Source of the DNA: Actinomycetota bacterium
GTDB lineage: Bacteria; Actinomycetota; Acidimicrobiia; Acidimicrobiales; Microtrichaceae
DNA length: 64,000 nucleotides
Reading direction: 5' to 3'
NCBI GenBank assembly: GCA_044508215.1
Contig: JBIQID010000003.1
Span: forward strand, 10,000 to 73,999
The notes under the pieces were generated by a model. It was given only the letters and a program-made list of their open reading frames with translations. It ran no database searches and was not told the DNA's origin. Positions 1 through 9,027 of the stretch are shown here, piece after piece (the first letter of the stretch is position 1; each line of letters begins with the position of its first letter). A program made the translations under genes and the position numbers.

Positions 1-1561
1 CGGCCTCGGCGTCATGGCGTTCGGGAGCGGCCTCGCGGCGTGCACCACGCCGGGCGGGGCCGTGTGGATCCCGCCCTCGAACGGCACGCCGTTCACCCTC
101 GGGGTGATGTCAGGGCTGCACTCCTCGACGGAGGTCGTGCTGTGGACGCGCCTCGATCCTGACGAGGTGCCGGGCGCCGGCGACCTGACCTGGGAGGTGG
201 CCACGGACGCGGCGATGGCCGACGTGGTCGCGTCGGGCACCGTGGCGGTCGGCCCGGGCTCGGACCACTGCGCCAAGGTGCTGGTCGGCGGTCTCGACGC
301 GGACCGGTCGTACTGGTACCGGTTCGCCGTCGACGGCGTCCCGAGCCCCATGGGCCGGGCACGGACCCTTCCGGATGCGTCGGCGTCACCCGACCGCCTC
401 CGCCTCGCGTTCGCGAGCTGCCAGGAGTGGGGTGCGGGCTTCTACAACGGTTGGGCCGGCATCGCTGCGGAGGACGTCGACGCCGTCGTGTGGCTCGGCG
501 ACTACATCTACGAGACGCCCAGCGCCATCAACGCTCGACGGCTCGACGCCACCGGCGAGCCCCACACGCTCGAGGAGTTCCGGGCGAAGTACCGGCTCTA
601 CCGCTCCGACCCCGACCTCCAGGCAGGCCACGCCGCGCATCCGTTCGTGCCGGTGTGGGACGACCACGAGCTGTTCGACAACTTCAACCGCCGTGACGTC
701 GCCGAGCAGCCGGAGCGGGCGGCCGCGTCCTTCCGCGCCTGGTTCGAGTACATGCCCGTGTGGCCGATCGACTCGTTCCGCATCCACCGTTCGCTGCGCT
801 GGGGCCGGCTGGCCGACCTGTTCCTGCTGGACACCCGCCAGTTCCGCGACCCGCAGCCCGGCGGCGGCGGGGGCGCCTACGTGGCGGGCGGCGACCTCAT
901 CGTCGAGGCCAGCCGGCCCGACCGCACGCTCCTGGGCACCCAGCAGCGCGACTGGTTCATCGACGGGCTCGGCTCCGCCCACGACGACGGCGTCACCTGG
1001 AAGCTCGTGGGCAACCAGGTGATGATCACGCCGTGGCGGATCGCGGATCTCGACGAGCCGTGGCGACGTGAGCTGGGTGTGGCCTTCCCCCGCAACGACG
1101 GCATCTACCTGAACCTCGACAGCTGGTCCGGCTACCTCGCCGAGCGCAACACCATCCTCGACGGCGTCGCCCGCGACGGCATCCAGAACCTGTCGTTCCT
1201 CACGGGCGACGTGCACATGTTCTGGCAGTCCACCCTCCAGGCCGACTACGACGACGCCGCCTCGCCGTGGGTGGCCAACGAGTTCACCGGCGGGGCGATC
1301 ACGTCGACCGGCATCGGGAACTCGGTCGGCATGGGCCCTGCTGCGGAGATCGAGCCGCTCACCACGCCGTGGAGCCCGGCGTTCCGGTACGTGGACCTCC
1401 GACGCAACGGCTACGGCGTCGTGGACTGCACCCCGGAGCGGATGGTCGTCGACTACCGGGTGTGCGGCGTGTACTACCGGGGCACACCCGTGACCACGTC
1501 GATGCGGTTCACCGTCGCCGACGGCGACCCGATCCCCGCCGTGGAGTCCATCGACCCCTGA
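1..1561 (+). CDS. phoD: PhoD-family alkaline phosphatase/phosphodiesterase (5' end probably outside window)
   Basis: ORF track 14..1561. The frame is open to the window edge, and the upstream residues GLGV continue a hydrophobic signal-like segment ending in LAAC. Metallophosphatase/PhoD motifs present: WLGDYIYE, VWDDHE, GDVHMFW. Confidence 0.85.
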   Translation, partial: GLGVMAFGSGLAACTTPGGAVWIPPSNGTPFTLGVMSGLHSSTEVVLWTRLDPDEVPGAGDLTWEVATDAAMADVVASGTVAVGPGSDHCAKVLVGGLDADRSYWYRFAVDGVPSPMGRARTLPDASASPDRLRLAFASCQEWGAGFYNGWAGIAAEDVDAVVWLGDYIYETPSAINARRLDATGEPHTLEEFRAKYRLYRSDPDLQAGHAAHPFVPVWDDHELFDNFNRRDVAEQPERAAASFRAWFEYMPVWPIDSFRIHRSLRWGRLADLFLLDTRQFRDPQPGGGGGAYVAGGDLIVEASRPDRTLLGTQQRDWFIDGLGSAHDDGVTWKLVGNQVMITPWRIADLDEPWRRELGVAFPRNDGIYLNLDSWSGYLAERNTILDGVARDGIQNLSFLTGDVHMFWQSTLQADYDDAASPWVANEFTGGAITSTGIGNSVGMGPAAEIEPLTTPWSPAFRYVDLRRNGYGVVDCTPERMVVDYRVCGVYYRGTPVTTSMRFTVADGDPIPAVESIDP

Positions 1562-1581
1562 GCGACGCGATGGTGTAGCGC

Positions 1582-1610
1582 TTGACATAGTGTGTGTGAC
1601 ACACCAATGT
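1582..1610 (+). promoter_or_regulatory. Putative padR promoter with embedded palindromic operator
   Basis: TTGACA at 1582-1587. The 17-bp spacer contains the palindrome GTGTGT-G-ACACAC (1592-1604). A -10-like CAATGT lies at 1605-1610. ATG 1618 would sit at or next to the predicted transcription start, making the mRNA leaderless. Confidence 0.4.
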
Positions 1611-1959
1611 GTCTCGCATGGAGACGGACGAGCTGCTCGCCGGACACGTGCAGGAGCTGCGCCGCGGCACGGTCGTGCTCGCCAGCCTCGTGCTGCTCCG
1701 TCGTCCCTACTACGGGTACGCCCTGCTGAGCGCGCTGGCCGAGGGGGGCTTCGAGGTGGACGCCAACACGCTCTACCCGCTGCTCCGCCGCCTCGAGAAG
1801 CAGGGCCTGCTGCGCAGCGAGTGGAACACCGACGAAGCGCGCCCCAGGAAGTTCTACGAGATCGCGCCTGCCGGTGAGCAGGTGCTCGAGCAGCTCACCG
1901 CCGAGTGGGCCGAGCTCGACCGCAACGTCCGCCGGATGCTCAGGAGGACCACCTCGTGA
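1609..1959 (+). CDS. PadR-family transcriptional regulator
   Basis: ORF track 116 aa. Winged-helix PadR signature YGYALLSAL...LYPLLRRLEKQGLLRSEW...PRKFYEIAPAG. GTG 1609 or ATG 1618 are both possible starts. Confidence 0.9.
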   Translation: MSRMETDELLAGHVQELRRGTVVLASLVLLRRPYYGYALLSALAEGGFEVDANTLYPLLRRLEKQGLLRSEWNTDEARPRKFYEIAPAGEQVLEQLTAEWAELDRNVRRMLRRTTS

Positions 1960-2957
1960 ACGACCTCGTCGACCGCTACGTCCACTCGGTGGCACGCCAC
2001 CTCCCGAGGGAGAGCCGAGAGGACGTCACCCGTGAGCTGCGCACCACCATCGACGACATGGTCGATGCGCGCGTCGCGCACGCGCACGACGGCGCCGATG
2101 TGCGCGAGGTCCTGGCTGAGCTGGGCGACCCCCGTGTGCTGGCGGCCGGCTACCGGAGCGGGCCCCGCTACCTGATCGGGCCCGACCAGTTCGACCACTA
2201 CGTGACGGCCCTGCGTTCGATCCTCTCGATCGCGCTGCCGGTGATGCTGGGCATCCAGCTGGTGTTCGGCAACTGGGAGGGCGACCGCAGCATCGTCGCC
2301 CTCCTCCTCTCGGCCATCGGTGGAACGTTGCAGGTCGGCGTGCACATCGTGCTGTGGACCACGGTGGTCTTCGTCGTGCTCGAGCGCACCGGAACGCAGC
2401 TGGACGAAGCGCCGTCGGAGTGGACGCCGGACGATCTGCCGGAGCTCCCGCCGGAGCGACAGATCGGCCTGGGCGACACGATCGCCTCCGTGGTGGTCCT
2501 GCTGCTGATCCCTCTTGCGCTCCTCTGGCAGCACAACCGCTCACCGTTCGAGGACGGTGAAGGAGCGATCCCGTTGCTCCACCCCGACCTGTGGAGCTTC
2601 TGGCTGCCGCTCCTCCTGGGTGTGGTCCTCGTGAACGTGGCCTTCGAAGCGTGGAAGTACCACGTCGGGCGGTGGACGATGCCGCTCCTCGTCGGCAACG
2701 TGGTCCTCAACGCTGCCTTCCTCTCGGTCGTGGGGCTCACCCTCGGCACCCAAGAGGTGTGGAACCCCGAGTACCTCACCGCCATGGCCGAGCACAGTGA
2801 CTTCGCCCTCGACGACTCGCCGGTCCTCCAGCTGGTGTTCGCGGGCACGGTGGTGGTCTGCGTGTGGGACGTCGTCGATGCGCTGGTCGCCTACTTCCGC
2901 GGCGCGAAGGTGCAGGTGGCGGCATCCCGGCCTGATAGCAAAGGTCACCTGGCGTGA
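1956..2957 (+). CDS. PadR-associated polytopic membrane protein (DUF1700-like N-terminal helical domain)
   Basis: In-frame GTG 1956 overlaps the padR stop (GTGA). The N-terminus VDRYVHSVARHLPRESREDVTRELRTTIDDMV is typical of membrane partners encoded after PadR genes. About 6 hydrophobic helices follow. Confidence 0.75.
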   Translation: MNDLVDRYVHSVARHLPRESREDVTRELRTTIDDMVDARVAHAHDGADVREVLAELGDPRVLAAGYRSGPRYLIGPDQFDHYVTALRSILSIALPVMLGIQLVFGNWEGDRSIVALLLSAIGGTLQVGVHIVLWTTVVFVVLERTGTQLDEAPSEWTPDDLPELPPERQIGLGDTIASVVVLLLIPLALLWQHNRSPFEDGEGAIPLLHPDLWSFWLPLLLGVVLVNVAFEAWKYHVGRWTMPLLVGNVVLNAAFLSVVGLTLGTQEVWNPEYLTAMAEHSDFALDDSPVLQLVFAGTVVVCVWDVVDALVAYFRGAKVQVAASRPDSKGHLA

Positions 2958-2996
2958 CCCTCGGGTGGGTCCGACCGCAGCCGCACGAGGAGTGCC

Positions 2997-3443
2997 ATGT
3001 CACCGTTCGACGCCGAGTACGAGCCGAGCCCCTGGGAGCCGATCGCCGCGGAGGTCGAGCGCTACGAGCGGTCGAACGGCGCTGAGGCCAGCGAGCTGGT
3101 CGGAGACCAGTGGGTGATCCTCTGGACGATCGGCGCCAACTCGCAGAAGGTCCGCAAGACGCCGCTCGTGCGCATCGCGGACGGCCAGGGGCGCTACGCC
3201 GTGATCGGCTCGATGGGCGGTGCCCCGTCGAACCCGCAGTGGGTGAACAACCTGCGGACGAACCCGATCGCCCGCCTCCAGGACGGCGATGCGCGCCGGG
3301 ACTTCACGGTCCGCGAGGTCGACGGTGACGAGAAGGCGGAGTGGTGGGAGCGGGCCACCGCGGTGTGGCCGGCCTACGACGAGTACCAGTCGTCGACGGA
3401 CCGGGTGATCCCGCTGTTCGTCCTCGAACCCGCAGCCGACTGA
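2997..3443 (+). CDS. Deazaflavin (F420)-dependent nitroreductase family protein (Ddn/DUF385-like)
   Basis: ORF track 148 aa with a GAGGAG RBS upstream. Family-typical segment: TPLVRIADGQGRYAVIGSMGGAPSNPQWVNNLRTNP...WWERATAVWPAYDEYQ. Confidence 0.85.
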   Translation: MSPFDAEYEPSPWEPIAAEVERYERSNGAEASELVGDQWVILWTIGANSQKVRKTPLVRIADGQGRYAVIGSMGGAPSNPQWVNNLRTNPIARLQDGDARRDFTVREVDGDEKAEWWERATAVWPAYDEYQSSTDRVIPLFVLEPAAD

Positions 3444-3501
3444 CGCGGCCAAGGACGGCCGACATGGCCGAACGGTGCGCTCGCGGCCCGGGCCTCGCGG
3501 C

Positions 3502-3969
3502 TCAGCCCCGGCCGAACGCAGCGACCAGCCGTCGGTGCCGGTGCCCGAACAGGAACCCGACCATCGCTCGTGTCACCGGCGCCGCGAACCGCAGCCGCGG
3601 TTCGATGACGAGGCGGTCCGACACGACGGTGCGGCCGCCCGGCGCGTCCGCCAGCCGGCGCTCGTGACGCCAGCGTCGCTGCAGCCACGTGGTCGACTCC
3701 TCGTCGAACCCCTCGCCATCCAGCACGCGTTCGAGCGCCAGGGAGTGGCGGTCGAAGGGGAGCACGCCTCCGGCCAGCAACCACGAGCGGTGGAGCACGG
3801 TGCCCGGCTCGACGGCCACATCCGTGAGCGACCGCAGGTGGGGCGGGTGGGTCATCCGCACGAACGGTGCGAGCTCGTCGTTGACCCCAGCCATGCTGGT
3901 CACCCGCGCCCAGACGACGTCGCGAGGGGTGGCCACGGTCGTGGTGAACCTCAGCTCGATCGGTGCCAT
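3502..3969 (-). CDS. SRPBCC (START/polyketide-cyclase-like) family protein
   Basis: ORF track 155 aa. N-terminus IELRFTTTVATPRDVVWARVTSMAGVNDELAPF is typical of SRPBCC ligand-binding proteins. The frame has high GC3. Confidence 0.65.
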   Translation of the reverse strand: MAPIELRFTTTVATPRDVVWARVTSMAGVNDELAPFVRMTHPPHLRSLTDVAVEPGTVLHRSWLLAGGVLPFDRHSLALERVLDGEGFDEESTTWLQRRWRHERRLADAPGGRTVVSDRLVIEPRLRFAAPVTRAMVGFLFGHRHRRLVAAFGRG

Positions 3970-4055
3970 CGACCGGACGCTACCGATCGAGCTCGAAGCG
4001 GAGCGGCCTCCCGCCCGCCAGACTGCAGGGAGGTGCGTCAGCGAAGGGGTCCGTC

Positions 4056-4805
4056 ATGAGGAGCGTCACGATCCCGGCCCGGTTCCACGGTCCGCCCGGA
4101 TCCGGCAACGGTGGCTACTCGTGCGGCGCCGCCGCCGTGGCGCTGGGTGCCGGCAGCACGAGCGTCCGGCTCCGCGTGCCCCCGCCGCTCGACCGGCCGC
4201 TGCGGGTGGAGCACAGCGACGACGGCATCGTGCTGCTCGACGACGCCACCGTGGTCGCCGAGGCCCGACCGGCCCCCGTCACCGTCGAACCCCCCGAACC
4301 GATCACCTTCGACGCGGCGGTCGCAGCGCTCGAGCGGTTCGACGTCGCCGCCTACGAGGCCGACCACGCCTTCCCCACGTGCTTCACCTGCGGACCGCAC
4401 CGGGCCCCCGGTGACGGCCTGCGCCTGTTCCCTGCGCCCGTCCCTGGCCACGCGGGCATGGTCGTGTCCCCCTGGACACCCCACGCGGACCACGTCGACG
4501 CCGACGGGGCCGTGTCCGACGAGATCCTGTGGGCAGCGCTCGACTGCCCCGGTGGGCTGGCGTGGATCGTCGGCGACCCGCCGACGGGTCCGGCAGTGCT
4601 CGGAGAGCTCACGGCGTCGATCGTCCGGCGCACCACGGAGGCAGACCGGTTGGTGGTCGCGGGTTGGCGGCTCGACGCCGATGGGCGGAAGCACCGGTCG
4701 GGCACGGCGGTGTGGACCTCCGACGGGGACCTGGTCGCCCTCGGCGAGGCCACGTGGATCGTGCTCGGGACCCACCAACACGCAGGGTTCGGCGCCCGTC
4801 CCTGA
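4056..4805 (+). CDS. Hotdog-fold (PaaI-like) thioesterase family protein
   Basis: Internal ATG 4056 follows a GAAGGGG RBS. Motifs: FHGPPGSGNGGY and a CFTCG segment like that of hotdog thioesterases. The upstream part of ORF 3963.. is Arg/Ser-rich and overlaps the divergent gene. Confidence 0.6.
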   Translation: MRSVTIPARFHGPPGSGNGGYSCGAAAVALGAGSTSVRLRVPPPLDRPLRVEHSDDGIVLLDDATVVAEARPAPVTVEPPEPITFDAAVAALERFDVAAYEADHAFPTCFTCGPHRAPGDGLRLFPAPVPGHAGMVVSPWTPHADHVDADGAVSDEILWAALDCPGGLAWIVGDPPTGPAVLGELTASIVRRTTEADRLVVAGWRLDADGRKHRSGTAVWTSDGDLVALGEATWIVLGTHQHAGFGARP

Positions 4806-4858
4806 CCCGGCACGGCGGGCGGGTGACCCATGTCTCAGGCATCGCGCTCAACGCGCCG

Positions 4859-5845
4859 ATGCACAGGGCCGTGGAACGACGCGGACCCCTGCCGGTCGAA
4901 TCGACCGTGGCGCTCGCGGCACTCTTCGGTGCCGGGGCGATCTTCTGCCTTCCCACGCTCGCGTTCCGACCCTGGTCGGAGGTCCACCTCGGGTGGGTGG
5001 CCTTCAACTGCGCCAGCGCCACCGCCACCTCCATCCTCCTCTTCACCTTCCGCAGGCACGTCGGCCCGCTGCTGCGCCACCTCGTGGTGGTGGTCGGGCT
5101 GGTCGACATCGCGATCGCGCTGGCCATCGGAGGGGGCGGGCCGGCCACGGCGCTCTACGCGGTGCTGTACCTCTGGATCGGCATCTACCTGGGGCTCGAG
5201 TTCACGCCGCGGGCTGCGGCCGGCTACCTCGGGCTCGCCGCAGCGTCGGGCGGTGCTGTCCTCGCAGCGGTCTGCGAGCCGGCCGCCGCGCTCACCATCG
5301 GGCTGACCACGGTGGTCTCCACCGGGGCGGGCACGATCGTCGCCATCTACCTGTCGGCGCGCATCAAGTCGCTGGCCGTGAAGGATCCGCTCACCGGCGT
5401 CGCCAACCGACGCCTGTTGGAGGAGCACCTCGATCGCCTGTCCCGCCGGCGCAACCCGCGGCCGACAGCGATCATCACGATCGACCTCGACGGCTTCAAG
5501 GCGGTGAACGACGAGATGGGCCACGCTGCGGGCGACGCCCTCCTGGTGGACGCCGCGGCCTGCTGGTCGAGCCTCCTGCGCCCCGAGGACCTCATCGCCC
5601 GCGTCGGTGGCGACGAGTTCGTGGTGGTCCTCGACGACTGCGACGAGGAGCGGGCGCAGATCGTCGGGCATCGCCTGGCACGGGCGACCCCGCGGCCTGT
5701 GACCGCATCGGTCGGCATCTCGTGCTCGGACGGCACCGGCCCGCTCGACATGCAGCTGGGCATGGCGGACGAAGCGGCCTACCGCTCGAAGGCCCGTGGC
5801 GGCGCGACCGTCACGACCCTGCCCTGCGTCACGATCCCGGGCTGA
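4859..5845 (+). CDS. Membrane-anchored diguanylate cyclase (GGDEF)
   Basis: About 5 N-terminal TM helices, then a GGDEF domain: DPLTGVANRRLL, IDLDGFKAVNDEMGHAAGD, GGDEF. RPED lies 5 residues upstream (I-site). Start is ATG 4859; GTG 4823 is an alternative. Confidence 0.85.
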   Translation: MHRAVERRGPLPVESTVALAALFGAGAIFCLPTLAFRPWSEVHLGWVAFNCASATATSILLFTFRRHVGPLLRHLVVVVGLVDIAIALAIGGGGPATALYAVLYLWIGIYLGLEFTPRAAAGYLGLAAASGGAVLAAVCEPAAALTIGLTTVVSTGAGTIVAIYLSARIKSLAVKDPLTGVANRRLLEEHLDRLSRRRNPRPTAIITIDLDGFKAVNDEMGHAAGDALLVDAAACWSSLLRPEDLIARVGGDEFVVVLDDCDEERAQIVGHRLARATPRPVTASVGISCSDGTGPLDMQLGMADEAAYRSKARGGATVTTLPCVTIPG

Positions 5846-5937
5846 CCTCCACCTGATCGGGGTGTCGGAGGAACGCTCCGTGCAACGATGGAGGGGTGCA
5901 GGCAGCACGCCTGGCGCGCCGCCAGGGAGGTACCGCG

Positions 5938-6366
5938 ATGACCGACGCCGACACCACCACCGACCGCCGACCCGTCGTCCTTGCGCCGGGCGAGGGGAGG
6001 GCGTTCCCGATGGGGAGGCTCTCCGCCGTCTTCAAGGCCGACGGCGCCGAGACCGCGGGCCGCTACTCCATCTCGGAGTGGTGGCTGGACCCCCACACCA
6101 GGGGGCCGGGCACCCACCACCACGACGAGGACGACGTGTTCTACGTGCTCGAAGGGACCATGAGCATCATGGTGGGCGAGCGATGGGTGGACGCCTCCGC
6201 CGGCTCGTTCGTGCTCGTCCCGGGCGGCACGCCCCACGACTTCCGGAACCGGACCGACGCCCGCGCCGGGATGCTCAACGTGTCGGCACCGGGTGACTTC
6301 GAGGCACAGATGCCGGGCATCGCAGAGTGGTTCCGAGAGCGTTCGGACGCCGACTCCGACTGCTGA
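5938..6366 (+). CDS. Cupin-domain protein
   Basis: ATG 5938 follows a GGGAGG RBS. Cupin motifs: GTHHHDEDDVFYVLEG and PGGTPHDFRN. Confidence 0.8.
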   Translation: MTDADTTTDRRPVVLAPGEGRAFPMGRLSAVFKADGAETAGRYSISEWWLDPHTRGPGTHHHDEDDVFYVLEGTMSIMVGERWVDASAGSFVLVPGGTPHDFRNRTDARAGMLNVSAPGDFEAQMPGIAEWFRERSDADSDC

Positions 6367-6397
6367 CGACGCAGTCGGCCGAGCGGCGAGGAGAGGT

Positions 6398-7651
6398 TCA
6401 AGGCCCCGAACTGCAGCTGTCGATCGGATCCGAGCCGGCCAGGCGGTCGGCGTAGAACGCCTCGATCCGGTCCATCGCCAGCGGGATCTCGTTGTCGTGA
6501 TCCGCGCCCTCGAGCACGATCAGCTCGGTGACCTGCCCGTTGGCGCACAACCGCTCGTACAGGTCCATCACCCGTTCGTGCACGACGCGGGCGTCAGCGG
6601 TGCCGGAGATCAGGAGCAGCGGAGCGTCGGCCACCTCGTTCCCGACGTCGTTCGCCAACAGGACCGAGCGCGCCGGCTCCGTCGTCACCGGGTCGGCCTT
6701 CCAGTACGCCGGTGAGAGGGCGAGTGGTGCGAACGTCGAGATGACCTCGCCGAGGCAGGCGCTCAACAGCACGTCCTCGTGGGCCAGCACCTCGTCCGCC
6801 AGGTAGTCCTCGGGGACGAGCTCCGGGTGGTCGGTCGCCACCCCGTACAGGCCGAGCGTGCTGACGATGCGGGAGACCACGTCGTCGATGCCGCCGTAGG
6901 TGCGGTCGAACATCGCCGCGGGCGCGCCCGACACGGTGCCGAGGAGGTCCAGCTCGGGTGCGTAGGAGGCTGCCAGCTCGTGCGCTGCCTGCGCGCCGTG
7001 GCCGCCCTGCGAGTGCCCGAAGACGAGCACGCGGTCGCCGGCCGCGTCGCCCACCAGTTGGCGGGCCGCCCGGGCGCCGTCGAGCACGCTGTGCCCCTCG
7101 CTCAGCCGGGAGAGGTACGCCTGGGTCTCGTCGGGCGGTCCGGTGCCGATGTAGTCCGTCGTGACGCCGATGCCGTCGACGCCGAAGGTGGGCGCCGGAC
7201 GCCCGTGACGGCTGAGCGCGCAGGTCGAGCCCAGGCCGATGGTGCCGGGCGCGTTGGCGACGATCGGCCACCCGCCCTCGGGTGCGTCGCCCATGGGGTG
7301 GGTCACGACCCCGGTCACCGCCCGGATGCGGCCCTCCGAGTCGGTCGAGCGGTACATGATCCGCACCGTTCGAAGCCCTGCGTCCTCGCCGACCTCCTGG
7401 ATGCGGATGAGTCCTCCCGGCTCGCCGGCGGGCAGCGGGTCGGGAGCGACGTAGAACGCCTCCACCGGACCGTCGAAGCGCTCGGGCGCCGGAAGGTCCC
7501 CCTGCCCCGGCGCCGTCGTCGAGGTCCGGGGCGATCCGTCGTCACCGGCTGTGGCACTGCCGTCCGAGCACCCGGCGAGGAGCATCGCGGCCGCCAGGGC
7601 CACCGCCGTCAGCCGGGTGGGGATCGTGGATGGCTCGGACGTGCGGCGCAT
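6398..7651 (-). CDS. Secreted lipoprotein lipase (secretory-lipase/LIP-like alpha/beta hydrolase)
   Basis: ATG 7651 is in frame with the stop at 6398 (417 aa). Lipobox LLAGCSDG. Nucleophile elbow GHSQGG. The longer 1040-aa ORF is a GC-rich read-through artefact. Confidence 0.85.
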   Translation of the reverse strand: MRRTSEPSTIPTRLTAVALAAAMLLAGCSDGSATAGDDGSPRTSTTAPGQGDLPAPERFDGPVEAFYVAPDPLPAGEPGGLIRIQEVGEDAGLRTVRIMYRSTDSEGRIRAVTGVVTHPMGDAPEGGWPIVANAPGTIGLGSTCALSRHGRPAPTFGVDGIGVTTDYIGTGPPDETQAYLSRLSEGHSVLDGARAARQLVGDAAGDRVLVFGHSQGGHGAQAAHELAASYAPELDLLGTVSGAPAAMFDRTYGGIDDVVSRIVSTLGLYGVATDHPELVPEDYLADEVLAHEDVLLSACLGEVISTFAPLALSPAYWKADPVTTEPARSVLLANDVGNEVADAPLLLISGTADARVVHERVMDLYERLCANGQVTELIVLEGADHDNEIPLAMDRIEAFYADRLAGSDPIDSCSSGP

Positions 7652-7665
7652 CCCGAGGACGGTAC

Positions 7666-8904
7666 TCACACCGGATCGGGTGACCCGTCCTCGATCGCCA
7701 CCACGTCGTCCAGCTCGTCGAGGCGACGGAGCGATGGAACGGCGAGGCCGAGGAGGCCGATGCCGACGCTCAGCACGCCGACGGCGAGGAACGTCGTGTC
7801 GACGCCGAGCTCCTCTGCCGCGGCGCCTCCGATCAGGTAGCCGAGCGGGCCCGCCGCGTACTCGGTGGCGACGACGATCCCCACGATCCGGCCGCGCATC
7901 CGCTCCGGGCTGCGGAGCTGCATGGCGATGTTCACGAGCGGCCCGATCGGCCCGTAGGCCACCCCCGCAGCGAACGCGAGGACGACGAGCGCCGGGAACG
8001 AGGGCAGCGTGGCCATGAGGAGCACACCGGACGCGCCCACGAGCAGCGACATCCTGAACACGGTGCTCCGGCGCATGCGGCTCGCCGCGAACCCGTAGGC
8101 GAGGGCGCCCACCACGCCGCCGCCGTTGACGCCCATGAGGACGACCCCGAGGCGGCCGGGCTGGCCGAGGGACTCGAAGTGGACCGGGAGGAGCACCTCT
8201 TCGATCGGCATGTACGCGGCGAGCACCAGGGCGAGCATCACCACCATCGCGAGGAGCAGCGGGTCGTGGCGCACCTGGCGCAGCCCTTCGGCGGTCTCGC
8301 CCAGGATCGTGCGAGCGCTGACCGTGTCGCTCCGGTCGTCTGAGTGGGGGAGGACGAGGAACGACTCGAAGGCCGCCGCGGCGAGGAAGCCGCAGGCCGC
8401 GATCCACAAGGCGTCGTCGGCGCCGACCCACGCGATGAGCAGGCCGCCGGCGCCGGGGCCGACCATGAAGGCCACGCCCCAGACCGCCTCGTGCACGCCG
8501 TTGGCCCGGTCGAGCGACCACCCGGCACGCTCCGCAGCCGCGGGCAGCATCGCCTCCCGGGCGTTCAGGGCTGCAGGGTCGAACACCGCCCCGACCACGG
8601 CCAGGCCGATCAGCCAGGCGAGGTTCAGCCCCACCAGCAGGTCGACGAGGGGGATCGCCGCCACCGACGCCGCCGACATCAGGTCCGCGCTCACCGCGGT
8701 CGGGCGACGGCCCCAGCTGTCGACGATCGCCCCGGACAGCAGGCTCGATCCGAAGAGGGGGAGCGCGCTGGCCGCGGCCAGCAGGCCGGCCGCACCGGGG
8801 CTGCCGGTGCGCTCGAGCACCAGCCACGGCAGGACCACCATCACCGCGCCGTTCCCCGCGCCGGAGAGGAGGGTGGAGGCCTCCAGGAGCAGCAGCGGCT
8901 GCAT
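7666..8904 (-). CDS. MFS transporter
   Basis: ATG 8904 (MQPLLLLEAS...), 412 aa, about 12 hydrophobic helices. MFS-like loop DSWGRRP. Sits 14 bp upstream of the lipase gene on the same strand. Confidence 0.85.
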   Translation of the reverse strand: MQPLLLLEASTLLSGAGNGAVMVVLPWLVLERTGSPGAAGLLAAASALPLFGSSLLSGAIVDSWGRRPTAVSADLMSAASVAAIPLVDLLVGLNLAWLIGLAVVGAVFDPAALNAREAMLPAAAERAGWSLDRANGVHEAVWGVAFMVGPGAGGLLIAWVGADDALWIAACGFLAAAAFESFLVLPHSDDRSDTVSARTILGETAEGLRQVRHDPLLLAMVVMLALVLAAYMPIEEVLLPVHFESLGQPGRLGVVLMGVNGGGVVGALAYGFAASRMRRSTVFRMSLLVGASGVLLMATLPSFPALVVLAFAAGVAYGPIGPLVNIAMQLRSPERMRGRIVGIVVATEYAAGPLGYLIGGAAAEELGVDTTFLAVGVLSVGIGLLGLAVPSLRRLDELDDVVAIEDGSPDPV

Positions 8905-8972
8905 GGAACGGTGCCCGCTGCTCACCGCTCCAGTCTGATCGAGCGGGCTCGCCCGCCTGCGTCCATTTCCAT

Positions 8973-9027
8973 CCGTTCTGTCCTGCGGGGTGCGACAGAT
9001 CTGTCGCACCCCGCAGGACAAAACCGG
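8973..9027 (+). repeat. Long-stem palindromic element, copy A (family of three in this window)
   Basis: CCGTTCTG + perfect 38-bp palindrome TCCTGCGGGGTGCGACAGA/TCTGTCGCACCCCGCAGGA + CAAAACCGG. Related copies lie at 54085 and 58347. Located in the divergent intergenic region between the MFS (-) and lipase (+) starts. Confidence 0.8.

Noticed and set aside
8973-9027. Palindromic elements as integron attC sites, a CRISPR array or a MITE
   Set aside because: There is no integrase, cas or transposase gene in the window. The flanks do not fit the attC R''/R' (RYYYAAC/GTTRRRY) consensus. The copies are tens of kb apart, so they are not an array with spacers. No target-site duplications are visible, and 55 bp is very small for a MITE.
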